A stretch of DNA of 64,000 nt from Octopus vulgaris (taxonomy: Eukaryota): positions 14,322,001 through 14,386,000 of the forward strand of contig OX597843.1 of NCBI GenBank assembly GCA_951406725.2, in the 5' to 3' direction. The position numbers and the translations under genes were made by a program. The stretch's first letter is position 1. The number at the start of each line of letters is the position of its first letter. Under the pieces are notes generated by a model that saw nothing but the letters and a program-made list of their open reading frames with translations, searched no databases and was not told the DNA's origin. Positions 52,353 through 64,000 of the stretch are shown here, in pieces.

Positions 52353-53913
52353 TGGCTGTGTGGTAAGAAGGTTGCTTCCCATCCACATGGTTCTGGGTTC
52401 AGTCCCACTGCGTGGCACCTTGGGCAAGTGTCTTCTACTATAGCCTTATACCTTGTGAACGGATATGGTAGATGGAAACTGAAAGCAGCCCATCATATGT
52501 GTGTTCGTTCTCCCATCACCACTTGATAACCAGTGTTGGTGTGTTTACGTTCCTGTAACTTAGTGGTTCGTCAAAGTAAACACACCAGCACCAGTTGTCA
52601 TTATTTACTTGTGGCTTAACAGGAGATTATTCTCATCCAAGATGGAGACAACTACCAATATTCCCATGTTGTAGGGTTGACAATTGTTAAGATTTCTCTT
52701 GACATGAAACCATTGGTAGCCATGTTAACACAAAGCGTGTGCATATATCTTCATTTAACAACAGTTTTCCATGCAGGCATGGGTTGGATGGTTTCACAGG
52801 AGCTGACCAGATGATCTCTGTGCTTTTAAACGACATAACGAAAGATAGAAGTTTCTAGAAGTTCATGTCCAAAACTTCAGATTTTAAAGAAAACTTTAAC
52901 CCTTTTGTTACCATATTTCTGTTGGAATAGACGGCTTTTGTTTCAATTTTTAGAATAATGAAGAATTAAGTAAAATGATAATTAAGTTGGTGATTGTAAC
53001 ACATTAACATAAAATTGTGATGAAACATTTCAATTTAAATCAATTCAAACGAAGTTTGATTCATAGCACCAACAGGGGTGGTCTCAGATGGGTTGGTATC
53101 AAAAGGTTTAAGACAAATATTGATGGAGAGATCTGGAAGCTAAGTCATAGGATTAGGAAATTTCTGTTGAAATATATTGCCTTTGTTTCAAAAAGCAGCT
53201 TCATCATTAATTAAGTTGGTGTCTGGAACATAAATTAACACGAGATTTTGATGGAAGTTTTTAATTTATCAAACTTTAACTCAGGGAGTTTGTATCATAT
53301 AAGCAGAGATGGTCTCATATGGATTGGTATCGAAAAGGTAAATAGATGAACTTGTAGAATATGCCAGTTTCCACATATGCTGCCTCTTCTATTGCAAACA
53401 AAAACATAATAATATAAAGTGCTAAAACAATGTGATGTCCAGAGGCAGGTCAAGTGTTTGACCGAACACCAAAGGGAATGTGAAACACAAAACATACCTG
53501 AGTGAAACCCTAAACTCACCAACTCCACACTCAAAGCAACAACAGCTGTCACTCACTCAATTATCGATCCATTTTAAGTCATAAAATATTCAACAGGGGA
53601 GGTGGGGTGAACATGGACTCAAAAATGGTGCCCCAGCAAGGTCGCAGCCCAGGAACTGAAATCTACAGAAGAATTAATACAATGCCAAACTGTTTCTTTG
53701 ATGTGGTATTTTTATGTCTGGATTTTGTGGAAAAACTGGCAGATTGTTTAGTCAGCTAAAGATTGAGTATAAACATACATAATTTAATGTTTGTGTAGCA
53801 AACATTCGTAGTGTTACACATTATATGTGTGTGTGTGTGTGTATTTTGGTGGAGTCATAAAATTATTGGAGCATTGCATACATAATTAACTGTTCATGCA
53901 TACAGCAGGAATA

Positions 53914-54325
53914 TGTTTCTTTATTACCCACAAGGGGCTAAACAAAGAGGGGACAAACAAGGGCAGACAAAGGGATTAACTCGATTATATCGACCCCAGT
54001 TCGTAACTGGCAATTAATTTATCGACCCCGAAAGGATGAAAGGCAAAGTCGACCTCGGCAGAATTTGAACTCAGAACGTAACGGCAGACGAAATACCTAT
54101 TTCTTTACTACCCACAAGGGGCTAAACACAGAGGGGACAAACAAGGACAGACAAAGGGATTAAGTCGATTATATCGACCCCAGTGCGTAACTGGTACTTA
54201 ATTTATCGACCCCGAAAGGATGAAAGGCAAAGTTGACCTTGGCAGAATTTGAACTCAGAACGTAACGGCAGACGGAATACCGCTAAGCATTTCACCCGGC
54301 GTGCTAACGTTTCTGCCAGCTTGCC
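53914..54325 (-). mobile_element. SINE family C dimer
   Basis: Full head plus a second unit joined at GGCAGACGAAATACCTATTTC. Confidence 0.85.
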
Positions 54326-54349
54326 GTCTTCAGCATGAATATGTGCACG

Positions 54350-54385
<36 letters not shown>

Positions 54386-54774
54386 CATGCATGTATCATG
54401 TAGATATGGTTAAAATCCCAGCTGTTTCCTCTCGCAACCCATCTGCTTATTCCTGTATTACAATCCAGTGGGTAGTTGTTGTTGTTGTTTTTATGCAAAT
54501 TACACATCAGACCCCAAAATTCTGGAAGTATTGATTGCAACGTTATTATACAGCAAAACAGGAAGTTTGGACAAAACGGGTTTTGGTGTCATTTATTCAC
54601 CATTACACATGTTTCGTTTGCTAATAAGAATTACAAAATTGTACATGTAAGAGAAAACATGCAAGGAATCTCCTATCAGAAATTCTTCAGATGGATTTTC
54701 TAATCAGAGATATCTTACATGTTTTCTCCTACATGTACAATTTTGTAATTTGTATTAGCAAATGAAACATGTAA

Positions 54775-55169
54775 CCTCTCTCTATATAAAGCTGAAGTTG
54801 TCTGTGTATGGCAGGTTTGGTAGCCTTCAACTAACACTATCTCCTCTGAGACCCTGCGGTGCAAGTTGACCAAAATTGAGAGTATGATAGAAGAAGGCAT
54901 GCTCTTCCTTCTGTAGAAGATAAAATTCAAATCGGACCATGTTAATACCAAAAATTATTTACATCAAAAAGGTGCTTTTTTTTCTATGAAAATCCCTATT
55001 TTTTACGATTTTTTGACTGCTGTGTCACCATTTTTTCAGTGTATTTCAACCAGAAAAATGTCCACTTAAAAAGAATAACAAGCTACATAATGCAAACTTT
55101 TTACTTTTCAAAAATTCCAATTCTAAAGGGTTGAAACAAACCCGAGCAACGACGGGTGATACTACTTAG
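54775..55169 (+). mobile_element. Non-autonomous Helitron (second copy ~58464-58858)
   Basis: 5' ..TCTCTATATAAA; subterminal hairpin ACCCGAGCAACGACGGGT followed by CTTAG|T; sits between A and T with no TSD. Confidence 0.7.
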
Positions 55170-56044
55170 TAATGAATAAATACCAAAAAACTTAGAAATC
55201 TGTTTTTGGTGTGTGTGTGTGTGTAAATAGATATGGAACATTCAACTATTTCTATCCAAGAGGATTTTTCCAATCCAACATTGACAGGTTATTACTTACA
55301 GTTTTGTGAGTTCCAAGATCCATCGTCCCCAAAACAAATTATTTCATTTTCACTCAAAATTTATGAATTACGGATGCCAGCCGATGATGTGTGTGTATAT
55401 CTTGGTAGGTTAGCAGCATTGTTAGAGCATCAAACACAAAGTGGTCTGTCCAAGTGTGTGTGTGTGAGTATATATAATTATATAATTATATATATAATAT
55501 AGTAAACTGTGCGTATGTTTGGGTGGGTTGGTAGAATCATTAGAGCATGACACCAAAATAGTTTGGGGTATTTAGCTTTGGTTCATTAAATCCTGAGTTC
55601 AAATACTGCTGAGGTCAACTTCGTTGTTCATCCTTGCGCACTTCATAAAAAAAAAAGTACATGTCAACTGCCAGGGGGGTCAATGCCTTTGACTTGTCCT
55701 CTCCACCCCCACCAGAAAGAAGCTGTCAGCCTCGTTAAATTACAAATATTTATTAGATGAACATAGGCACAGCTATGGCTGTGTGGTAAGAAGCTAGCTT
55801 CCCTCTATGCTTGTCCTCTCTATCTTTAGCCTCTTGTGCTTCCCAACCACATAGTTCTGGGTTCAGTCCTACTGCATGGCACCTTAGGCAAGTGTCTTCT
55901 ACTATAGCTTCAAGCCAACCAATGATTTGAGAGAGGATTTGGTAGGCGGAAACTGAAAGAAACCTGTCATTAAAAAAATTTCTTTTTTAGAAAATTATAA
56001 AAATGGAGAGGAAGTACACACTAAGAAGTAGAGCAGTCTATATT

Positions 56045-56555
56045 TTTTACTGGTGAAGACCTGATTATAGGGTTACTCTGGGTTTCTTGCCATAAAGAGT
56101 ATCTTTATGGCATATCAGACCCTAAGACTTGTTGGCCTGTGGCCCCTTTGAAGTATGGAAACTAGATATAAACAATGAGGGTTATCTCAGTCTTCTGGTG
56201 GTCATTGGCTGGTCATCAGCTTTCGGCAAGGTTGTTGACCTTCAGTTACGCCACCTGTCAGCTGAGAGGGAGTTATCTCCTACTCTCATCAGCAATTAAT
56301 TTCCAACAATGGTGTAAATATTATTGCTAATACTGATATTATTGTTATTATGTGGTTCCCAAAACCCAAAACGCCAATAGGAATTTCCTGAAATGCAAAC
56401 AAGGCTGGAAAACTTCCATTCTGGGGTTCAGTATGTTCCCTAGTACGTGCGAATTTTTCATGGAAATCCTGAAAAACTTGCAAGTCTGAGGGTCTGATGA
56501 TATGCCTATGGCAAGAAACCCAGGGTAACCCTATAATCAGGCCTCCACCAGTAAT
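56045..56555. mobile_element. Foldback/MITE-like element with ~85-bp imperfect TIRs (second copy ~59733-60243)
   Basis: TTACTGGTGAAGACCTGATTATAGGGTTACTCTGGGTTTCTTGCCATA vs TATGGCAAGAAACCCAGGGTAACCCTATAATCAGGCCTCCACCAGTAA. Confidence 0.75.
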
Positions 56556-56744
56556 AAATAAATATATACACACACGTGTGTTTGTCCCTGCCCCCTACTT
56601 GACAACAATGTTGGCGTGTTTACATCTCCGTAACTTAGCGGTGCAACAAAAGACAACCGATAGAATAAGTACTAAAAAGGTCCCTGGGGCCGATTCGTTT
56701 GACTACAACCCTTCAAGGAAGAAGAACATTGATAGGCAATGACA

Positions 56745-57010
56745 CAAAAGGGCCACAGAACGATTCACATGAGGAATATCATTAAGAAAGCATATTGGAA
56801 ATGAGGAATTTTGAGAAGAGAGCAGAATGCCGAAAGCAGAAATTCCACTGGGCCAGACATATTGCAAGGTTACCAAAGACAGCAGGTGGTGCCATGCAGT
56901 TGCTGAGTGGCATCCAAGAAGTTGATAAAAGCCACTTGGAAAGACTCCATGATGATGAGAAGACGATTTAGCGAAACAATTTGGGACAAGCTGGAAAAGA
57001 AAGATGGCGT
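56745..57010 (+). pseudogene. Decayed RTE-clade LINE fragment
   Basis: KQKFHWARHIARL../DSRWCHAVAEWHPR with stops and frameshifts. Confidence 0.6.
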
Positions 57011-57363
57011 ATTTAAGTAAGACTTCTTGTAAGGGTGCTGAAGTTCCTTGAGACTTTGAACCGAGCGGTCGTTGGCATCTTCACTATCTCGTCCGGCAGC
57101 TTATTCCACGGATCCGCACCCGGACGGAGAAAGCCCCTCTCCTTCGATTGAGATGAAATCGTCACAGATAGAGCTTTTCGGAGTGACCCCGCAGCCAACG
57201 CTCTGGAGCAGGAGTGAAGAACAGCTCTTTCGAGAGGTTACACTTTCCGCTTATGATGTTGTGAGCAAGAATGACATCATGACCAGCAGCGGCGTATAGC
57301 AACATCTGATGCTCTGGTTGATGACAAGCTTCTTTTAGTTTCCATCTACTGATTCCACTCACA

Positions 57364-57463
57364 NNNNNNNNNNNNNNNNNNNNNNNNNNNNNNNNNNNNN
57401 NNNNNNNNNNNNNNNNNNNNNNNNNNNNNNNNNNNNNNNNNNNNNNNNNNNNNNNNNNNNNNN
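57364..57463. other. Assembly gap (100 N)
   Basis: Run of N. Confidence 1.
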
Positions 57464-58036
57464 ACATAATTTAATGTTTGTGTAGCAAACATTCGTAGTG
57501 TTACACATTATATGTGTGTGTGTGTGTGTATTTTGGTGGAGTCATAAAATTATTGGAGCATTGCATACATAATTAACTGTTCATGCATACAGCAGGAATA
57601 TGTTTCTTTATTACCCACAAGGGGCTAAACAAAGAGGGGACAAACAAGGGCAGACAAAGGGATTAACTCGATTATATCGACCCCAGTTCGTAACTGGCAA
57701 TTAATTTATCGACCCCGAAAGGATGAAAGGCAAAGTCGACCTCGGCAGAATTTGAACTCAGAACGTAACGGCAGACGAAATACCTATTTCTTTACTACCC
57801 ACAAGGGGCTAAACACAGAGGGGACAAACAAGGACAGACAAAGGGATTAAGTCGATTATATCGACCCCAGTGCGTAACTGGTACTTAATTTATCGACCCC
57901 GAAAGGATGAAAGGCAAAGTTGACCTTGGCAGAATTTGAACTCAGAACGTAACGGCAGACGGAATACCGCTAAGCATTTCACCCGGCGTGCTAACGTTTC
58001 TGCCAGCTTGCCGTCTTCAGCATGAATATGTGCACG

Positions 58037-58073
<37 letters not shown>

Positions 58074-61000
58074 GCATGCATGTATCATGTAGATATGGTT
58101 AAAATCCCAGCTGTTTCCTCTCGCAACCCATCTGCTTATTCCTGTATTACAATCCAGTGGGTAGTTGTTGTTGTTGTTTTTATGCAAATTACACATCAGA
58201 CCCCAAAATTCTGGAAGTATTGATTGCAACGTTATTATACAGCAAAACAGGAAGTTTGGACAAAACGGGTTTTGGTGTCATTTATTCACCATTACACATG
58301 TTTCGTTTGCTAATAAGAATTACAAAATTGTACATGTAAGAGAAAACATGCAAGGAATCTCCTATCAGAAATTCTTCAGATGGATTTTCTAATCAGAGAT
58401 ATCTTACATGTTTTCTCCTACATGTACAATTTTGTAATTTGTATTAGCAAATGAAACATGTAACCTCTCTCTATATAAAGCTGAAGTTGTCTGTGTATGG
58501 CAGGTTTGGTAGCCTTCAACTAACACTATCTCCTCTGAGACCCTGCGGTGCAAGTTGACCAAAATTGAGAGTATGATAGAAGAAGGCATGCTCTTCCTTC
58601 TGTAGAAGATAAAATTCAAATCGGACCATGTTAATACCAAAAATTATTTACATCAAAAAGGTGCTTTTTTTTCTATGAAAATCCCTATTTTTTACGATTT
58701 TTTGACTGCTGTGTCACCATTTTTTCAGTGTATTTCAACCAGAAAAATGTCCACTTAAAAAGAATAACAAGCTACATAATGCAAACTTTTTACTTTTCAA
58801 AAATTCCAATTCTAAAGGGTTGAAACAAACCCGAGCAACGACGGGTGATACTACTTAGTAATGAATAAATACCAAAAAACTTAGAAATCTGTTTTTGGTG
58901 TGTGTGTGTGTGTAAATAGATATGGAACATTCAACTATTTCTATCCAAGAGGATTTTTCCAATCCAACATTGACAGGTTATTACTTACAGTTTTGTGAGT
59001 TCCAAGATCCATCGTCCCCAAAACAAATTATTTCATTTTCACTCAAAATTTATGAATTACGGATGCCAGCCGATGATGTGTGTGTATATCTTGGTAGGTT
59101 AGCAGCATTGTTAGAGCATCAAACACAAAGTGGTCTGTCCAAGTGTGTGTGTGTGAGTATATATAATTATATAATTATATATATAATATAGTAAACTGTG
59201 CGTATGTTTGGGTGGGTTGGTAGAATCATTAGAGCATGACACCAAAATAGTTTGGGGTATTTAGCTTTGGTTCATTAAATCCTGAGTTCAAATACTGCTG
59301 AGGTCAACTTCGTTGTTCATCCTTGCGCACTTCATAAAAAAAAAAGTACATGTCAACTGCCAGGGGGGTCAATGCCTTTGACTTGTCCTCTCCACCCCCA
59401 CCAGAAAGAAGCTGTCAGCCTCGTTAAATTACAAATATTTATTAGATGAACATAGGCACAGCTATGGCTGTGTGGTAAGAAGCTAGCTTCCCTCTATGCT
59501 TGTCCTCTCTATCTTTAGCCTCTTGTGCTTCCCAACCACATAGTTCTGGGTTCAGTCCTACTGCATGGCACCTTAGGCAAGTGTCTTCTACTATAGCTTC
59601 AAGCCAACCAATGATTTGAGAGAGGATTTGGTAGGCGGAAACTGAAAGAAACCTGTCATTAAAAAAATTTCTTTTTAGAAAATTATAAAAATGGAGAGGA
59701 AGTACACACTAAGAAGTAGAGCAGTCTATATTTTTTACTGGTGAAGACCTGATTATAGGGTTACTCTGGGTTTCTTGCCATAAAGAGTATCTTTATGGCA
59801 TATCAGACCCTAAGACTTGTTGGCCTGTGGCCCCTTTGAAGTATGGAAACTAGATATAAACAATGAGGGTTATCTCAGTCTTCTGGTGGTCATTGGCTGG
59901 TCATCAGCTTTCGGCAAGGTTGTTGACCTTCAGTTACGCCACCTGTCAGCTGAGAGGGAGTTATCTCCTACTCTCATCAGCAATTAATTTCCAACAATGG
60001 TGTAAATATTATTGCTAATACTGATATTATTGTTATTATGTGGTTCCCAAAACCCAAAACGCCAATAGGAATTTCCTGAAATGCAAACAAGGCTGGAAAA
60101 CTTCCATTCTGGGGTTCAGTATGTTCCCTAGTACGTGCGAATTTTTCATGGAAATCCTGAAAAACTTGCAAGTCTGAGGGTCTGATGATATGCCTATGGC
60201 AAGAAACCCAGGGTAACCCTATAATCAGGCCTCCACCAGTAATAAATAAATATATACACACACGTGTGTTTGTCCCTGCCCCCTACTTGACAACAATGTT
60301 GGCGTGTTTACATCTCCGTAACTTAGCGGTGCAACAAAAGACAACCGATAGAATAAGTACTAAAAAGGTCCCTGGGGCCGATTCGTTTGACTACAACCCT
60401 TCAAGGAAGAAGAACATTGATAGGCAATGACACAAAAGGGCCACAGAACGATTCACATGAGGAATATCATTAAGAAAGCATATTGGAAATGAGGAATTTT
60501 GAGAAGAGAGCAGAATGCCGAAAGCAGAAATTCCACTGGGCCAGACATATTGCAAGGTTACCAAAGACAGCAGGTGGTGCCATGCAGTTGCTGAGTGGCA
60601 TCCAAGAAGTTGATAAAAGCCACTTGGAAAGACTCCATGATGATGAGAAGACGATTTAGCGAAACAATTTGGGACAAGCTGGAAAAGAAAGATGGCGTAT
60701 TTAAGTAAGACTTCTTGTAAGGGTGCTGAAGTTCCTTGAGACTTTGAACCGAGCGGTCGTTGGCATCTTCACTATCTCGTCCGGCAGCTTATTCCACGGA
60801 TCCGCACCCCGGACGGAGAAAGCCCCTCTCCTTCGATTGAGATGAAATCGTCACAGATAGAGCTTTTCGGAGTGACCCCGCAGCCAACGCTCTGGAGCAG
60901 GAGTGAAGAACAGCTCTTTCGAGAGGTTACACTTTCCGCTTATGATGTTGTGAGCAAGAATGACATCATGACCAGCAGCGGCGTATAGCAACATCTGATG

Positions 61001-61389
61001 CTCTGGTTGATGCAACGATACAGGGACAGAGACAAGCTTCTTTTAGTTTCCATCTACTGATTCCACTCACAAGGCTTTGGTTGGCTCAGGGCAAAAGGTG
61101 CCATGCAGCGGGACTGAACCGAGATCCATGTGGTTAGGGAGCAAACTTCTTACCACACGGCCACACCTTTGCCAAATGGTAATATTTATTCTGAACGAGG
61201 TATAAACAGTAACTGCACGACAATGTGAGGTATACTAGCCATCTCAATTTGGCTAACCACAAAGGGTGGGTGTTACTGTAGCTTTTAGCCCCAGGAGATC
61301 ATCGTCTCCAGCTGGCTTTAGGCACACTATCTGTGCCCTTATGGTATTTGCAAAGGGAGGTCATCCCCCCCTCGAAAACTTAAGTGATA

Positions 61390-61434
61390 CGCACGGACTG
61401 CAGTTTCTGGGTATTGACCCGTCATCAGCGTACG
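61390..61434 (-). ncRNA. Type I hammerhead ribozyme, canonical core with GUC site
   Basis: CGTACG-CTGATGA-C GGGT CAAT ACCC A-GAAAC TGCA GTC-CGTGCG; 6-bp stem I, palindromic ACTGCAGT stem III, C-A mismatch at the base of stem II. Confidence 0.75.
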
Positions 61435-61784
61435 ACAATCACCAGTTTTCGATGAAAGGGGTCCCAATGCAAATACTTACATCGTCTTTCCAGGAACTTT
61501 TTGTCACTGATCTTGAAAAACTGTCTGCAAGCAATAATAAATCTCTGAATGAGGTATATTATTCTGTTTGCCCATTAGGGGCAAGGCTGACCCTTGTGTT
61601 GCTGGCACCTCAGGCAAGCTGAACTTCAGCACCCTTACAAGTATAATTTTGGTCTTTGTTATGCTCTCCTTGGTGTCCAGGGCAATTGCCCAAGTTTCCG
61701 GTATCTTGAGCCAGCCCTGATTGAGGGTGTACTCTATGGGTGGGTATACATTAGTTTGGGTATACACAGTATGGCCAAACAGTT

Positions 61785-62140
61785 TAAGTTAGTTAAGTTA
61801 AGTTAATTTTTTGGCTCAAAAAGGAAAAAGCAAGGCCATGTAGGGGGACATGGAGTTATGTACAGGGAGGGTGGTCATACAAAGAGTTCAGGCCATTACT
61901 GGTCAAGAGAGACTTTGAACCGAGCGGTCGTCGGCATCTTCACTATCTCGTCCGGCAGCTTATTCCACGGATCTGCAACCCGGACGGAGAAAGCCCCTCT
62001 CCTTCGATTGAGATGAAATCGTCGCAGATAGAGCTTTGCGGAGTGACCCCGCAGCCGACGCTCTGGAGCAGGAGTGAAGAACAGCTCTTTCGAGAGGTTA
62101 CACTTTCCGCTTATGATGTTGTGAGCAAGAATGAGATCAC
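61785..62140 (-). mobile_element. 5'-truncated CR1-clade LINE 3' end (variant A)
   Basis: Homologous to 63262-63620; tail is (AGTTA)n on the plus strand; smaller fragments at ~57050-57280 and 60739-60970. Confidence 0.85.
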
Positions 62141-62519
62141 CACTTTAAAAAGTAGGGACTTGTCATTGTGCCATGCTGATTGCACCAGAGAATTACAATA
62201 GACATGTCTGGAACATTCAGTCTCTTAGGGTCTTCAAGAAGTAATTAGCTTGATTAGATTAATGAATCCTTGTGGACAGAAAACCACTGCCACCCCAGTA
62301 TAATTGTGAGTAATTCTATATTTGGCAGGGGGATGGGGGAGGAGAAATAGAGAAGGGGAGGGAAGAGGGGAAAGGAGAGGGGAGGGGTGTTGAGTAAAAT
62401 GGTGGTTGATGGGAAAGCATGTCAACAGAAGTGGAGTCCAGGTGTATGGGTGGGTAGTTTGGCTCTAGGAAGGTGAGGGGGAATCGGCAACAAGAGGTAT
62501 TAAACGGGGTGGGAATGGA

Positions 62520-62870
62520 TTAGTTAGTTAGTTAGTTAGTTAGTTAATTTGGCTCAAAAGCAAATAGCAAGGCCATGTAGGGGGACATGGAGTTAAGTAC
62601 AGGGTGGTGTTCATGTAAAGAGTTCAGGCCACTTGAGGTCCAGGGAGGCTTTGAACAAAGCGGTCGTCGGCATCTTCACCATCTCGTCTGGCAGCTTGTT
62701 CCACGGATCCGCAACCCGGACGGAGAAAGCCCTTCGATTGAGATGAAATCGTCGCAGATAGAGCTTTTCGGAGTGACCCCGCAGCCGACGCTCTGGAGCA
62801 GAAGTGAAGAACAGCTCTTTCGAGAGGTTACACTTTCCACTTATGATGTTGTGAGCAAGAATGAGATCTC
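62520..62870 (-). mobile_element. 5'-truncated CR1-clade LINE 3' end (chimeric)
   Basis: (TAAC)n tail; truncated at the same point as 61785-62140. Confidence 0.85.
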
Positions 62871-63261
62871 CACTTTAAAAAGTAGGGACTTGTCATTGTG
62901 CCATGCTGATTGCACCAGAGAATTACAATAGACATGTCTGGAACATTCAGTCTCTTAGGGTCTTCAAGAAGTAATTAGCTTGATTAGATTAATGAATCCT
63001 TGTGGACAGAAAACCACTGCCACCCCAGTATAATTGTGAGTAATTCTATATTTGGCAGGGGGATGGGGGAGGAGAAATAGAGAAGGGGAGGGAAGAGGGG
63101 AAAGGAGAGGGGAGAGAGGCGGGGAGGGGTGTTGAGTAAAATGGTGGTTGATGGGAAAGCATGTCAACAGAAGTGGAGTCCAGGTGTATGGGTGGGTAGT
63201 TTGGCTCAAGGAAGGTGAGGGGGAATCGGCAACAAGAGGTATTAAACGGGGTGGGAATGGA

Positions 63262-64000
63262 TTAGTTAGTTAGTTAGTTAGTTAGTTAATTTGGCTCAAA
63301 AGCAAATAGCAAGGCCATGTAGGGGGACATGGAGTTAAGTACAGGGTGGTGTTCATGTAAAGAGTTCAGGCCACTTGAGGTCCAGGGAGGCTTTGAACAA
63401 AGCGGTCGTCGGCATCTTCACCATCTCGTCTGGCAGCTTGTTCCACGGATCCGCAACCCGGACGGAGAAAGCTCCTCTCCTTCGATTGAGATGAAATCGT
63501 CGCAGGTAGAGCTTTTCGGAATGACCCCGCAGCCGACGCTCCGGAGCAGGAGTGAAGAACAGCTCTTTCGAGAGGTTACACTTCCCGCTTATTATGATGT
63601 GGGCGAGAATGAGATCACCATGGCGGCGGCGTTTTTCAAGAGAACAAAGGTCGAGCGTCCTCAGCCTTTCTTCGTAGGACAAATTTTTGAGACCATGAAC
63701 CATGCGGGTAGCCAGCCTCTGGACTCTTTCGAGGTGCTGTATGTCTTTGAGGAGATAAGGAGAAGAGGCTTGAATCCCATACTCCAATATGGGTCTCACC
63801 AGCGTGACATAGAGTGGCAGGAATATGGCTGCTGTGAGCATTCCGAATGACCGTCGAATCAAAAACAGAATTCCGCGCGCTTTGTTGGCAGCATGGACGC
63901 ACTGGGCCGAAGGCGAAAAGGAGGAATCCACCAAGATACCCAGGTCCTTTACCTGATCGGTCCTCTCCAGCAGCAGACGACCCGGCTCGAAATCAAGTTG
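63262..64000 (-). mobile_element. CR1-clade LINE, 3' part with (TAAC)n tail
   Basis: RT C-terminal ORF, short 3' UTR and tandem-repeat tail. Confidence 0.9.
63353..64000 (-). CDS. LINE ORF2 reverse transcriptase C-terminal region (CR1 clade), 5'-partial at the window edge
   Basis: Open frame QLDFEPG...KDLGILVDS...LYVTLVRPILEY...LERVQRLATRMV..L..LSYEERL..L.L.SLEKRR..GDLI...RGHSEKL...FSVRVADPWNKLP, typical of CR1/L2-group ORF2. Confidence 0.9.
   Translation of the reverse strand, partial: QLDFEPGRLLLERTDQVKDLGILVDSSFSPSAQCVHAANKARGILFLIRRSFGMLTAAIFLPLYVTLVRPILEYGIQASSPYLLKDIQHLERVQRLATRMVHGLKNLSYEERLRTLDLCSLEKRRRHGDLILAHIIISGKCNLSKELFFTPAPERRLRGHSEKLYLRRFHLNRRRGAFSVRVADPWNKLPDEMVKMPTTALFKASLDLKWPELFT

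Larger units (their letters stand above)
53777..57363. repeat. ~3.6-kb near-identical duplication, copy 1 (copy 2 57464-61071)
   Basis: Sequence after the gap restarts at ACATAATTTAATG; duplicated ORF calls are offset by ~3688. Confidence 0.95.

Noticed and set aside
63329-63850. 173-aa plus-strand ORF
   Set aside because: Antisense shadow of the CR1 RT frame.

Overview
Repeat-dense eukaryotic DNA, most consistent with an octopus/coleoid cephalopod genome (inferred from the tRNA-derived SINE families and abundant (TA)n/(CA)n/(GA)n tracts; not verified by search). No intact host gene is recognisable, and nearly all ORF-track entries are translations of microsatellites or SINEs. The window holds dozens of copies of at least four SINE families, LINE relics (a CR1-clade RT C-terminus open to the right edge, plus RTE- and Tx1-like fragments), DNA-transposon MITEs (hAT, piggyBac, Merlin-like, Tc1/mariner), a non-autonomous Helitron, several satellite arrays, and a 100-N gap flanked by a ~3.6-kb near-identical duplication. 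Most notable: (1) a MITE-satellite-MITE block whose swapped 8-bp target duplications match a cointegrate or circle-integration product; (2) at least eight type I hammerhead ribozyme-like motifs in short, mostly (TA)n-embedded elements, including one family with recurrent non-canonical cores; (3) SINE multimers with the same junction at two loci; (4) a CR1 unequal-crossover chimera. Coordinates were counted by eye, so boundaries of degenerate repeats are approximate.
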